Shown: one piece after another, positions 18,234 through 27,895 of the stretch
How the letters are laid out: every line of letters starts with the position of its first letter
How positions within the stretch are numbered: the stretch's first letter is position 1
NCBI GenBank assembly: GCA_019244185.1
Contig: JAFATB010000022.1
Location: 288,001-352,000 of the forward strand
Length of the DNA stretch: 64,000 nucleotides
Source of the DNA: Acidobacteriota bacterium
GTDB taxonomy: Bacteria; Acidobacteriota; Thermoanaerobaculia; Gp7-AA8
Direction of reading: 5' to 3'
Made by a program: the position numbers and the translations under genes
Notes under the pieces: model-generated
Told to the model about the DNA's origin: nothing
The model's input: the letters and a program-made list of their open reading frames with translations, nothing else
Database searches by the model: none

Positions 18234-19457
18234 ATGACGTTCCTCAAAAACTTCATCAACGTCCTGTCGGTCGCGTCCATCTCCTTCATCCTGCTGTCGT
18301 CCGTCTTCGCCATGCTGGTGTACTTCTGTCTGCTCGACGGAAGGGTGAAGACGAAAGGCGGGACGGGCTTCCTCGTCTTCGGCGCGATCCTCGTGGTGGC
18401 CGGACTCTTCGTCCGGCCGCTTCTCTATCTGGCCGTGGCCTACTTCCTCGTGCTGTGGGCGCTCGCGAAGATCGGACCGCGCCTGTGGGAGCCGAAGGTC
18501 GGCAAGTGGCTGCTCATCGCGGGCCTCGGCGGCTTCGCGCTGTCGATGTTCGATCCGAACTTCTACCTGATCGCCGCCAAGCCCGACAACGTGCCGATCG
18601 TGGCGATGATCTTCCTCCTGGCCATCTTCACGTGGATCGCGCTGCGCAAGGCGTATCTCAACGACCACGCCATCCTCGCCGGCGGCATCCCGTACGAGAA
18701 GACCGAGTCGGACGAGAAGCTCTTCACCTGGCCGGATCTCGTCTACACCGAGATGCTCTGCATGATCCTCCTCACCATCGTCATGGTGGTGTGGTCGGTG
18801 GGGCTCCGCGCGCCGCTCGAGGAAGCGGCCAACCCGACGTCGTCTCCCAATCCCGCGAAAGCGCCGTGGTACTTCCTCGGCCTGCAGGAGATGCTGGTCT
18901 ACTTCGACCCGTGGCTCGCCGGCGTGGTGCTGCCGACGCTCATCATCGTCGGGCTGATGGCCATCCCTTACATTGATACCAATCCAAAGGGCAACGGCTA
19001 CTACGCCTTCCGCGAGCGCAAGTGGGAGATCGGCGTCTTCCTCTACGGCTTCCTCGTGCTCTGGTCGTTCCTCATCATCACCGGAACGTTCCTGCGAGGT
19101 CCCAACTGGAACTTCTTCGGGCCCTACGAATACTGGGACCCGAACAAGCTCGAGCCTCTGGTCAACGTCGACCTCTCGGAGCTCGTTTGGGTCAAGCTGA
19201 TGGCGATGCCGCTGCCGAAGCTGTGGGTCATCCGCGAGGCGCCCGGCATCCTTATCGTGCTGCTCTACTTTGCACTCGCGCCCGCGCTCGCCGCGCGGCC
19301 GTTCCGCCGCTTCTATCTCAAGATGGGCGGGCCGCGATACTACGTCGGCGCGTTCCTGTTCCTCTTCATGCTCGCGCTGCCGATCAAGATGGTCCTGCGC
19401 TGGCTGTTCAACCTCAAATACCTCGTGCACATCCAGGAGATCTTTTTCAACATCTGA
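18234..19457 (+). CDS. Cytochrome b C-terminal/subunit IV-like protein with extra TM helices
   Basis: TWPDLV, APLEEAANP..PNPAKAPWYFLG, PYID..P, plus N- and C-terminal TM extensions. Confidence 0.85.
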   Translation: MTFLKNFINVLSVASISFILLSSVFAMLVYFCLLDGRVKTKGGTGFLVFGAILVVAGLFVRPLLYLAVAYFLVLWALAKIGPRLWEPKVGKWLLIAGLGGFALSMFDPNFYLIAAKPDNVPIVAMIFLLAIFTWIALRKAYLNDHAILAGGIPYEKTESDEKLFTWPDLVYTEMLCMILLTIVMVVWSVGLRAPLEEAANPTSSPNPAKAPWYFLGLQEMLVYFDPWLAGVVLPTLIIVGLMAIPYIDTNPKGNGYYAFRERKWEIGVFLYGFLVLWSFLIITGTFLRGPNWNFFGPYEYWDPNKLEPLVNVDLSELVWVKLMAMPLPKLWVIREAPGILIVLLYFALAPALAARPFRRFYLKMGGPRYYVGAFLFLFMLALPIKMVLRWLFNLKYLVHIQEIFFNI

Positions 19458-19489
19458 CCGCGCCCTGACGACGACACTGCACTGACGCG

Positions 19490-22400
19490 ATGAAACCGCA
19501 AGAGCCCATTCCGCACAACTACCCGATGAGGAAGCTCAACCTCATCTTCGCGGTGTCCAGCATCGGTCTGCTGCTGGTCACCGGCGTGATGGTGTTCTAC
19601 GACTACATCCGCGGCTGGAAGTGGTACCAGCTCGAGTTCAACCGCCTGCAGGCCGACCGCATCGAGCAGGAGCTCAACGCCGCAAACGACGCCACGACGC
19701 GCAAGCGCCTCGCCGAGCTCGACGCGGAGATGAAGCAGGGACAGGTCGAGATCGCGAAGAACCGCGATCAGTACCTCCTCGTGCAGAAAGAGCTCGACGA
19801 CTGGGAAGGGCAGCACTACGCCGCCGACCAGGACTACCGCTTCGCCAAAGCGAAGCTCGACGCGCAGCGCTACCAGCTCGAGACCTCGGTTCTCCAGCAC
19901 CGCGCCGACTCCGCGCAGCAGCAGCGCACCTACGACGCGATGCTCGCGCACGTCAACGAGCTCAATCTGCGCCTTCAGCGCGTCACGCACGACCGCGACG
20001 CCGTCCGCGCGCGCCTCGACCGCTTCCTCAGCCGCATCAAGGAGCTCGAGGACCGCAAGAAAGAGCTCACCGCCAACATCGATCTTTTCAACAAGCAGCT
20101 CGGCAACGTGGAGCTCGCGTCGAAGCGCAGCATCCTCAATCTGCCGATGCTCGACTTCATCAACCCGACCCTGAAGATCGATCAGGTCGTCCTCGGCGAT
20201 CTCTTCATCGACATGAACTACATGTCGGTGCCGCGCGTCGACCGCTGCCAGACCTGCCACCGCGCCATCGACCGCCCCGGCTTCGAGTCGAAGAAGGAAG
20301 CCGAGCGCCTCATCACCGAACTGCAGGGGAGGCTCGATCGCAACCTCATCCAGCCGACCAAACGCGCCGACACTGAAGATCGCATCGCGCAGCTCAAGCG
20401 CATCGTCGACGCGAAGCAGGACATCCTGAATCCCTTCCGGACGCATCCGCGTCTGGACGTCTTCGTCGGCTCGGCGTCTCCCCATCCGCTGCTCGAGTAC
20501 GGCTGTACGTCCTGCCATCGCGGGCAGGACCGCGCCACGGAGTTCAGCCGCGCCGGACATACGCCCGCGAGCCTGCGCATGCTGCAGCGCTGGGAGAAGT
20601 CGACGAACCCGCTCTTCCCCGGACCGTGGGACTACAAGAAGCGCAACTGGGGCTTCGCGGAGAATCCGTTCCTCGAGACGCCGATGTATCCGCGCCAGTA
20701 CTACCAGGCCGGCTGCCTCAAGTGCCACGCCGGCCAGATGGAAGTCGACAGCGGCGACGAGATCAACAAGGCCACGCACATCGTGGAGCTGTACGGCTGC
20801 CACGCCTGCCACAAGATCAACAACTGGCGCTTCACCGACCTGCGCAAGCCGGGACCGAACCTCGACGGCATCGGCGAGAAGACAACGCCGGAATGGGCGT
20901 TCCGCTGGATCTCGAATCCGAGCTCGTTCCGCCCCACGACGCGCATGCCGTCGTTCTTCTTCCAGCGCAACATGATCGGGCCGGCCGTTCCGCCGCGCGA
21001 GCGCGAGCAGAACATCCGCTACCAGAACGCCGAGATCCATTCGATCGTCACGTACCTCTTCTCGAAGTCGACGCATCGCGCGTGGTCATCGCCGCCGAAC
21101 GGCGACGCCGCGCGCGGCCAGGAGCTCGTCTCCACGATCGGCTGCATGGCCTGTCACGTCGCGCAGGACACGGTGAAAGACGACAAGGGCGTCGTGCGCG
21201 TCGCGCGCCGCGACGACTTCCCGCTCGAGCGCAACTACGGCTTCAACCTCGTCGGCACCGGCACCAAGACGCACGCGAGCTGGATCTACAACTGGATCCG
21301 CAATCCGAAGGCGTACTACGCGACCGCGCCGATGCCGAGCCTGCGCCTCAGCGAACAGGAAGCGGCCGACATCACCGCGTTCCTCGTGCTGCAGCAGAAG
21401 CCGCGCTTCATGCAGACGCCGATTCCGCCGGTCGACCGCGCCGCGGTGCACGATCTCGCGAAGGGCTACCTCATCAACACGATGACCGATGTGGAAGCCG
21501 AGGCGAAGCTGCGGTCGATGCCGATGCAGGAGCAGCTCGTGTACCTCGGGCAGCGCAGCATCGAGAAATACGGCTGCTACTCCTGCCACGAGATCAAAGG
21601 CTTCGAAGGTCTCAAGCCGATCGGGACCGAGCTCACGATCGAAGGCTCGAAGGCGCCGCACCTCTTCGACTTCGGGTTCGTGCACGAGTACACGCACGAG
21701 GACGGCGAGAAGCAGCACATCCTGCACAACGTGCCGTCGTGGGTCTACAACAAGGTCCGCAGCCCGCGCATCTACGACGACGAGCGCACGAAGCCGTACA
21801 ACGACAAGCTGAAGATGCCAAACTTCCATCTCAGCGAAGAGGAAGCGCGGCTCGTCACGACGGTCGTCCTCGGTCTCACGAAAGAGAAAGTCGCCGCGAA
21901 CCGCATGGCCGCGGCCGACCCGCGCCTTCGCGCCGTCGAAGAGTCGCGGAAAGTCATCTCGCAGCACAACTGCCGCGGATGCCACGTCGTCAACCGCAAC
22001 GGCCGCGCGATCGCGGCGCTGATCAACGACCCGAACTACCTGCCGCCGGACCTCACGCCGGAAGGCGGGCGCGCGCAGTCGCCGTGGCTCTTCAGCTTCC
22101 TCAAGGATCCGACGGTCACGAAGATCCGTCCGTGGCTGCACGTGCGCATGCCGACGTTCCAGTTCACGGATTCGGAAGCGGCCACGCTCGTCGGCGGCTT
22201 TGCGGCGGACGGCAGCCAGACGCAGTTCGACACGATGCGCTATCAGACCGTGCCGCAGCAGAACGCCGCGATCGGACGCGAAGTCTTCGCGATGCTGCGC
22301 TGCTCGCAGTGCCACAGCGTAACGCCGGTCGATCCCGCGAATCCGCCGCTGCCGAACGCCGCGGACTCGCAGTCGCTCGCGCCGAACCTGACGCTGGCGA

Positions 22401-22783
22401 AACTGCGCCTGCGCCACGACTGGATCGCGGACTGGATCCGCCGTCCGGACGAGATGATCCCCGGCACGCGCATGCCGACGAACTTCCCGCGCGACGCGCA
22501 GACGGGCGGCTTCCAGTCGCCGCTCGCGCTGGCCATCGACACGCCGCAATTCGCCGCGCACAAGGCCGCGCTCCTGCCGTACTTCCAGGACGAGCAGGCG
22601 CTGCGCAAGACCATGGCCGACGCCGTCGCGCTGACCAACTATCTGCGCGACTACATCTGGAGCATTGGAATCGATCAGATGCGCGCCCCCGGCAGCGGGC
22701 CGGGTGCGCCGCTCGCGCCGGCGAATCCGCAGACGCCGTCCACGCCGTCCGCGCCCGCCGCCACCACCATCGCAAGGAGATGA
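19490..22783 (+). CDS. Membrane-anchored octaheme cytochrome c
   Basis: Eight CxxCH motifs: CQTCH, CTSCH, CLKCH, CHACH, CMACH, CYSCH, CRGCH, CSQCH. N-terminal TM and long coiled-coil region. Confidence 0.92.
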   Translation: MKPQEPIPHNYPMRKLNLIFAVSSIGLLLVTGVMVFYDYIRGWKWYQLEFNRLQADRIEQELNAANDATTRKRLAELDAEMKQGQVEIAKNRDQYLLVQKELDDWEGQHYAADQDYRFAKAKLDAQRYQLETSVLQHRADSAQQQRTYDAMLAHVNELNLRLQRVTHDRDAVRARLDRFLSRIKELEDRKKELTANIDLFNKQLGNVELASKRSILNLPMLDFINPTLKIDQVVLGDLFIDMNYMSVPRVDRCQTCHRAIDRPGFESKKEAERLITELQGRLDRNLIQPTKRADTEDRIAQLKRIVDAKQDILNPFRTHPRLDVFVGSASPHPLLEYGCTSCHRGQDRATEFSRAGHTPASLRMLQRWEKSTNPLFPGPWDYKKRNWGFAENPFLETPMYPRQYYQAGCLKCHAGQMEVDSGDEINKATHIVELYGCHACHKINNWRFTDLRKPGPNLDGIGEKTTPEWAFRWISNPSSFRPTTRMPSFFFQRNMIGPAVPPREREQNIRYQNAEIHSIVTYLFSKSTHRAWSSPPNGDAARGQELVSTIGCMACHVAQDTVKDDKGVVRVARRDDFPLERNYGFNLVGTGTKTHASWIYNWIRNPKAYYATAPMPSLRLSEQEAADITAFLVLQQKPRFMQTPIPPVDRAAVHDLAKGYLINTMTDVEAEAKLRSMPMQEQLVYLGQRSIEKYGCYSCHEIKGFEGLKPIGTELTIEGSKAPHLFDFGFVHEYTHEDGEKQHILHNVPSWVYNKVRSPRIYDDERTKPYNDKLKMPNFHLSEEEARLVTTVVLGLTKEKVAANRMAAADPRLRAVEESRKVISQHNCRGCHVVNRNGRAIAALINDPNYLPPDLTPEGGRAQSPWLFSFLKDPTVTKIRPWLHVRMPTFQFTDSEAATLVGGFAADGSQTQFDTMRYQTVPQQNAAIGREVFAMLRCSQCHSVTPVDPANPPLPNAADSQSLAPNLTLAKLRLRHDWIADWIRRPDEMIPGTRMPTNFPRDAQTGGFQSPLALAIDTPQFAAHKAALLPYFQDEQALRKTMADAVALTNYLRDYIWSIGIDQMRAPGSGPGAPLAPANPQTPSTPSAPAATTIARR

Positions 22784-22787
22784 ACGG

Positions 22788-23615
22788 ATGTCCCTGAAGA
22801 AGTACGTTACTTTACTTTCTGCGCTGTCTCTCACGCTCGCCGTCGCCTGCGGCGGCGGCAAGGAAGTCGTCGACGAAAAGGAGCTCGGCACCGACGATCA
22901 GGCCGCGCAGACCGCGGCAGCCGACAACACCGGCGGCACCGCCGCGGCCGCGACCGCGGCTGCTGCGCCGGTATCCGCCGACGCCGCGACGATCGGCGGC
23001 GTCGTGAAGTTCGAAGGCGCCGCGCCGAAGATGGCCGCGATCCAGATGGGCGCCGATCCCTACTGCGCGTCGCAGCACACGTCGGCGGTCAACGACGAAG
23101 AGGTGATGGTCGGCCCGGGCGGCGAGCTCGCGAACGTCATCGTCTACGTCAAGAACGCGCCGACGGGCGTGGCCGTGCCGTCGACGCCGGTCGTCCTCGA
23201 TCAGAAGGGCTGCCAGTATCACCCGCACGTCTCCGCGATCATGGCCGGCCAGCCGCTCGAGATCCGCAACGACGACGCCACGCTGCACAACGTCCACGCG
23301 ATGCCGGAGACGAACTCGCCCTTCAACGAAGGACAGCCGGTGCAGGGCATGACCTCGACCAAGAAATTCGACAAGGTCGAGATGAAGCCGTTCCGCATCA
23401 AGTGCGACGTGCACGGCTGGATGAAGTCGTGGATGGTCGTGCTTCCGCATCCGTTCCATTCGGTCTCGCAGCCGAACGGCACGTTCTCGATCGCCAACCT
23501 CCCGCCGGGCAACTACACGCTCGTCGCGTGGCACGAGAAGTACGGCCAGCAGGAGCAGCAGGTCACGGTCGGTCCGAAAGAGACGAAGCAGATCACCTTC
23601 ACGTTCAAGGGATAG
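22788..23615 (+). CDS. Lipoprotein with cupredoxin-like and carboxypeptidase-regulatory-like domains
   Basis: ATG 22788 after AGGAG. Lipobox LAVAC; HNVH and CDVHGWM; GTFSIANLPPGNYTLVAWH. Confidence 0.75.
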   Translation: MSLKKYVTLLSALSLTLAVACGGGKEVVDEKELGTDDQAAQTAAADNTGGTAAAATAAAAPVSADAATIGGVVKFEGAAPKMAAIQMGADPYCASQHTSAVNDEEVMVGPGGELANVIVYVKNAPTGVAVPSTPVVLDQKGCQYHPHVSAIMAGQPLEIRNDDATLHNVHAMPETNSPFNEGQPVQGMTSTKKFDKVEMKPFRIKCDVHGWMKSWMVVLPHPFHSVSQPNGTFSIANLPPGNYTLVAWHEKYGQQEQQVTVGPKETKQITFTFKG

Positions 23616-23630
23616 TCAGAAAGGGCCGCA

Positions 23631-25535
23631 ATGCCGCCGAAACGACAGATCCGGGTTGGCAACCAATGGATGTATGCGCGTGATGCGCGCCGCGCGCTCG
23701 AGGAGGCCATCCGCGTCTCCGAGTCCGAGGCCAAGGCGCACGAGCATCACGTCCCGTTCATCCGGAAGTACGTCTTCTCGACCGATCACAAGTGGATCGG
23801 CATTCAGTACGCCATCACGGCGCTGACGTTCCTCCTGCTCGGCTTCTCGCTGATGCTGCTGATGCGCTGGCAGCTCGCGTTTCCCGGCAAGCCGTTCCCC
23901 GCTCTGATCGCGAAGTTCCTCGGCTCCTCGAACGCGCCCGGCGGCGTCATGCTCCCCGAGTTCTACAACCAGCTCGGCGCGATGCACGGCACGATCATGG
24001 TCTTCCTCGCCATCGTGCCGCTGGCCGTCGGCGCGTTCGGCAACTACGTGGTGCCGCTGCAGATCGGCGCGCCCGACATGGCCTTCCCGAAGCTCAACAT
24101 GATGAGCTACTGGCTCTATCTGCCGGGCGGCCTGCTGATGATGTCGGGCTTCTTCATCCCCGGCGGCGCGGCGAACTCCGGCTGGACGTCGTATCCACCG
24201 CTCTCGATCATCGCCACGAACGGGCAGACGATCTGGATCCTCGGCATGGTGCTGTTGATCACGTCGTCGCTCCTCGGCTCGATCAACTTCATCGTCACGA
24301 TCTTCCAGCTGCGCGCGAAGGGACTCACCTTCATGCGCCTGCCGTTCTTCGTCTGGGCGCAGCTGATCACCTCGTTCCTGCTGCTGCTCGCGTTCCCGCC
24401 GCTGGAAGCCGCGGCGATCCTGCAGCTGATGGACCGCGTCGCCGGCACGAGCTTCTTCCTCCCGTCGGGACTGGTGATCAGCGGCACGCCGCTGCACAAC
24501 GCCGGCGGCGGCAATCCGCTGCTGTGGCAGCACCTCTTCTGGTTCCTCGCGCATCCCGAGGTGTACGTGCTCATTCTTCCGGGCATGGGCATCATCTCGG
24601 AGGTCATCGCCAACAACACGCGCAAGCCGCTGTGGGGCTACAAGTCGCTCGTCGGCGCGGGCGTGTTCCTCGGCTTCATGTCGTTCGTGGTGTGGGCGCA
24701 CCACATGTTCCTCACCGGCATGGGGACGGCCATCAGCGCCTTCTTCCAGACGACCACGATGATCATCTCGATCCCGTCGGTCATCATCCTGACGGCGCTC
24801 ATCATCTCGTTATGGGGCGCATCGATCCGCTTCACCGTGCCGATGCTCTTCGCGCTCGCGTTCCTGCCGATGTTCGGCATCGGCGGCCTCACGGGACTGC
24901 CGCTCGGACTGGCGGCCTCGGACATCCACTTACACGACACCTACTACGTTATCGGCCACTTCCACTACGTCGTCGCGCCGGGGACCATCTTCGCGATGTT
25001 CGCCGGCATCTACTACTGGTTCCCGAAGGCGACCGGCCGGCAGATGAACGAGTTCTGGGGGAAGGTGCACTTCTGGCTCTCACTGGTCTGCATCAACTGC
25101 ATCTTCATGCCGATGTTCTATCAGGGACTGGCGGGCGTCTCGCGTCGTCTGTATGACGGCGGCGCGCAGTACATGCACGCGAAGCCGGTCATCCACACGA
25201 ACGTCTTCATCTCCAGCGCGGCGTGGCTGCTGCTCGTCGCGCAGTTCCCATTCATCATCAACTTCTTCTACAGCATCTTCAAAGGACGCCGCGTCGAGGC
25301 GAACCACTGGCACGCCACGACGCTGGAGTGGTCGGCCGCGAGCGCGCCGCCGCTCGCGCACGGCAACTTCGCGGTGCTGCCGGTCGTCTATCGCGGACCG
25401 TACGAGTACAGCGTTCCCGACCACGAGGGCGACGACTATCTGCCGCAGAACGTGCCGGAAGACCAGCCGGGCGCGCCAGTGCCGGCCGGCGGCGGTGCGC
25501 TGCACGGCACCGCCGTCGCGCAGAAGGAGAGCTGA
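23631..25535 (+). CDS. ctaD: Heme-copper (cytochrome c) oxidase subunit I, A1-type
   Basis: TDHKWIG, MHGTIM, GWTSYPPL, WFLAHPEVY, WAHHM, HDTYYVIGHFH, RR. Start codon uncertain. Confidence 0.95.
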   Translation: MPPKRQIRVGNQWMYARDARRALEEAIRVSESEAKAHEHHVPFIRKYVFSTDHKWIGIQYAITALTFLLLGFSLMLLMRWQLAFPGKPFPALIAKFLGSSNAPGGVMLPEFYNQLGAMHGTIMVFLAIVPLAVGAFGNYVVPLQIGAPDMAFPKLNMMSYWLYLPGGLLMMSGFFIPGGAANSGWTSYPPLSIIATNGQTIWILGMVLLITSSLLGSINFIVTIFQLRAKGLTFMRLPFFVWAQLITSFLLLLAFPPLEAAAILQLMDRVAGTSFFLPSGLVISGTPLHNAGGGNPLLWQHLFWFLAHPEVYVLILPGMGIISEVIANNTRKPLWGYKSLVGAGVFLGFMSFVVWAHHMFLTGMGTAISAFFQTTTMIISIPSVIILTALIISLWGASIRFTVPMLFALAFLPMFGIGGLTGLPLGLAASDIHLHDTYYVIGHFHYVVAPGTIFAMFAGIYYWFPKATGRQMNEFWGKVHFWLSLVCINCIFMPMFYQGLAGVSRRLYDGGAQYMHAKPVIHTNVFISSAAWLLLVAQFPFIINFFYSIFKGRRVEANHWHATTLEWSAASAPPLAHGNFAVLPVVYRGPYEYSVPDHEGDDYLPQNVPEDQPGAPVPAGGGALHGTAVAQKES

Positions 25536-25538
25536 CGA

Positions 25539-26201
25539 ATGACCACGACCACGCTCACGCATCCCGTGCCCGTCGATGACGGTCACGGCCACGGCGGCGG
25601 CCATCACGAGATCGAGATCCCATACACGCTGCACCCGCGTCCCGACACCGGGATGTACAACGGCAAGCTCGGGATCTGGCTCTTCCTCGCGTCGGAAGTC
25701 ATGCTCTTCGGCGCGCTCTTCTCGACGCTGATTCTCCTGCGCACCAGCGCGCCGTCGTGGCCGCACGGCTGGCAGGAGCTGAACATCCCGCTGGCGACGC
25801 TCAACACGTTCATCCTCATCGGCTCGTCGGTGACGGTCGTCCTCGCGTGGGCGAACCTCCGGCTCGGCGATCTGCGGAAGGGAAAGATCTTCCTCAGCAT
25901 CACGCTGCTCTGCGGCCTCGGCTTCATGGTCATCAAGAGCATCGAGTACGCGACGAAGTTCCGGCATCACCACTTCCCGTCGACGAACAACTTCTTCGCC
26001 ACCTACTTCGTCATGACCGGCCTGCACGGACTGCACGTCCTCGGCGGCATGATCGTCTTCGGGTATCTCATCGGTCCCGGCGCGAAGCTGTGGGAGACGA
26101 ACCGCGACCAGTACACGAACCGCGTCGAGGTGACGGGCCTCTACTGGCACTTCGTCGACCTCGTCTGGATCTTCCTCTTCCCGATTCTGTATCTCTTGTA
26201 G
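25539..26201 (+). CDS. ctaE: Cytochrome c oxidase subunit III
   Basis: GIWLFLASEVMLF; TGLHGLHV; LYWHFVDLVWIFLF. Confidence 0.93.
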   Translation: MTTTTLTHPVPVDDGHGHGGGHHEIEIPYTLHPRPDTGMYNGKLGIWLFLASEVMLFGALFSTLILLRTSAPSWPHGWQELNIPLATLNTFILIGSSVTVVLAWANLRLGDLRKGKIFLSITLLCGLGFMVIKSIEYATKFRHHHFPSTNNFFATYFVMTGLHGLHVLGGMIVFGYLIGPGAKLWETNRDQYTNRVEVTGLYWHFVDLVWIFLFPILYLL

Positions 26202-26216
26202 GAGAGCGAGCGGCGC

Positions 26217-26645
26217 ATGAACGAACACGCGGTGGAACACGCCATCGAAGAGGCGCACGAGCACTTCGGTCACGACAACAGCCCCGAGGCGATTCGGAAG
26301 GAGATCCGGAGATACCTGATCGTCTTCGCGGCGCTCGGCGCACTGACCATCGTCACGGTCGCCATCAGCCTGCTGCATCTGCCGACGCATCTGGCGATCC
26401 TGCTCGCGCTCACGGTGGCGGTGGTGAAGGGCTCGCTCGTCGCGGCGTTCTTCATGCATCTCATCTCCGAACGCAAGCTCATTTACGCGGTGTTGCTGCT
26501 GACGGTCTTCTTCTTCGGCATGCTGCTGTGGGGACCGTGGCACCAGCGATACAACGCGCAGAAAGTCTGGAAGGGCTACGACCTCAACGCCAGCCAGCCG
26601 GCGCCGGCCGCCCCGATCGAAAACAGCGGTCATTCAGGACACTGA
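26217..26645 (+). CDS. ctaF: Cytochrome c oxidase subunit IV family protein
   Basis: Three TMs; KGSLVAAFFMHL motif. Confidence 0.85.
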   Translation: MNEHAVEHAIEEAHEHFGHDNSPEAIRKEIRRYLIVFAALGALTIVTVAISLLHLPTHLAILLALTVAVVKGSLVAAFFMHLISERKLIYAVLLLTVFFFGMLLWGPWHQRYNAQKVWKGYDLNASQPAPAAPIENSGHSGH

Positions 26646-26654
26646 ACTTCTTCC

Positions 26655-26855
26655 ATGTCGCTCCGCGCCTTCCACATCGTCTTCATCGTCGTCTCGGTGA
26701 TGCTGTCTTTGTACGTCGGCGTGTGGGGCGTGAGGCAGTACCGCATCGAGGGGACGACGGGCGCGCTCGCGTTCGGCGTGATCTTTCTCCTCGCGGCGGT
26801 GGCGCTGGTGATCTACGGCATGAACGTCGTGCGGAAATTCAGGGAGCTCCCATGA
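26655..26855 (+). CDS. Small two-TM membrane protein in the oxidase operon
   Basis: 66 aa, starts MSLRAFHIVFI, two hydrophobic stretches, stop overlaps the next start (ATGA). Confidence 0.7.
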   Translation: MSLRAFHIVFIVVSVMLSLYVGVWGVRQYRIEGTTGALAFGVIFLLAAVALVIYGMNVVRKFRELP

Positions 26856-27112
26856 GAGTCGCAGCGGGCATTCTCCTCGTGCTCCTCATGCTTTTCGTGG
26901 CCCAGGCCGCGAGCGCGTGCCCCGCGTGCTACGGCGCGCCGGGTGATCCGATGGTCAAGGGCGTGAACAACGGCATCTGGGTGTTGCTCGGCCTCGTCGG
27001 ATTCGTGCAGGTCGGGTTCGTCGCTTTGTTCTGGAGCTTCTGGCGCCGCGCGCGCGCGAACAAGCGCTTCCGCGAGCAGTTTCACATCGTCGAAAGGACA
27101 CCGCAGCTATGA
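26852..27112 (+). CDS. Small exported/membrane protein with a CxxC motif
   Basis: ATG 26852 after GGGAG. Signal peptide, then ACPACYG, then a TM. ATGA overlaps at both ends. Confidence 0.7.
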   Translation: MRVAAGILLVLLMLFVAQAASACPACYGAPGDPMVKGVNNGIWVLLGLVGFVQVGFVALFWSFWRRARANKRFREQFHIVERTPQL

Positions 27113-27888
27113 GAGATTTCGTCGGCGACTTTCTTCGCGAGGCGATGCCGCCGGACTATTCGCTGCACGGCCCCGAGCTCGACCGGCTCAGCATCTACGT
27201 GCACTGGCTGATGCTGATCCTCTTCGTCGGCTGGGGCATCCTCTTCGTCTACATGCTCGTGCGCTTCCGCGCGTCGAAGCATCCGAAAGCCGTCTACCAC
27301 GGCACGAAGTCGCACATCTCGAAGTACGCGGAGATCGGCGTCTTCGTCATCGAGTGCCTGCTGCTCTTCGGCATCTCCATTCCGGCGTGGTCGCGCTGGA
27401 CGACGCGTCCCGACAATGACAAGAACGCGCTGGAAATTCGGGTGGTGGGGGAGCAGTTTGCGTGGAACATCCACTATCCCGGAGCCGATCACATCTTCGG
27501 GAAGACCAACGTCAAGTACGTCACCAGCAACAACCCGCTCGGCCTCGATCCGACCGATCCCAACGCCAAGGACGACATCGCCACGATCAACCAGCTTCAC
27601 CTCGAGCTGAACCGCGCGGTGCTCATCCGCCTCACCTCTAAGGACGTCATCCACGACTTCTTCCTGCCCTACATGCGCGTGAAACAGGACGCCATCCCGG
27701 GGATGGAGATTCCGGTACACTTCACGCCCACCCACACCAGTGGGACGGAGACCTGGGACATCGCCTGCGCGCAGCTTTGCGGTCTCGGCCACTTCCGCAT
27801 GCGCGGCCAGTACCACGTGGAGACGAAGCAGGAGTTCGACAAGTGGATGGCCACGCAGACGCCGGCGGTCGCGAGCATCTCCGAATGA
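27109..27888 (+). CDS. ctaC: Cytochrome c oxidase subunit II (CuA, no fused cytochrome c)
   Basis: Two TMs; QFAWNIHYP; DVIHDF; CAQLCGLGHFRM. Confidence 0.93.
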   Translation: MRDFVGDFLREAMPPDYSLHGPELDRLSIYVHWLMLILFVGWGILFVYMLVRFRASKHPKAVYHGTKSHISKYAEIGVFVIECLLLFGISIPAWSRWTTRPDNDKNALEIRVVGEQFAWNIHYPGADHIFGKTNVKYVTSNNPLGLDPTDPNAKDDIATINQLHLELNRAVLIRLTSKDVIHDFFLPYMRVKQDAIPGMEIPVHFTPTHTSGTETWDIACAQLCGLGHFRMRGQYHVETKQEFDKWMATQTPAVASISE

Positions 27889-27895
27889 AGATCTG

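Noticed and set aside
19490-22783. Octaheme protein as hydroxylamine oxidoreductase, octaheme nitrite reductase or ActA of alternative complex III
   Set aside because: The hemes are widely spaced in repeated class I-like domains, there is no CxxCK motif, and the neighbours are Rieske/cytochrome b genes rather than ActB/ActC.
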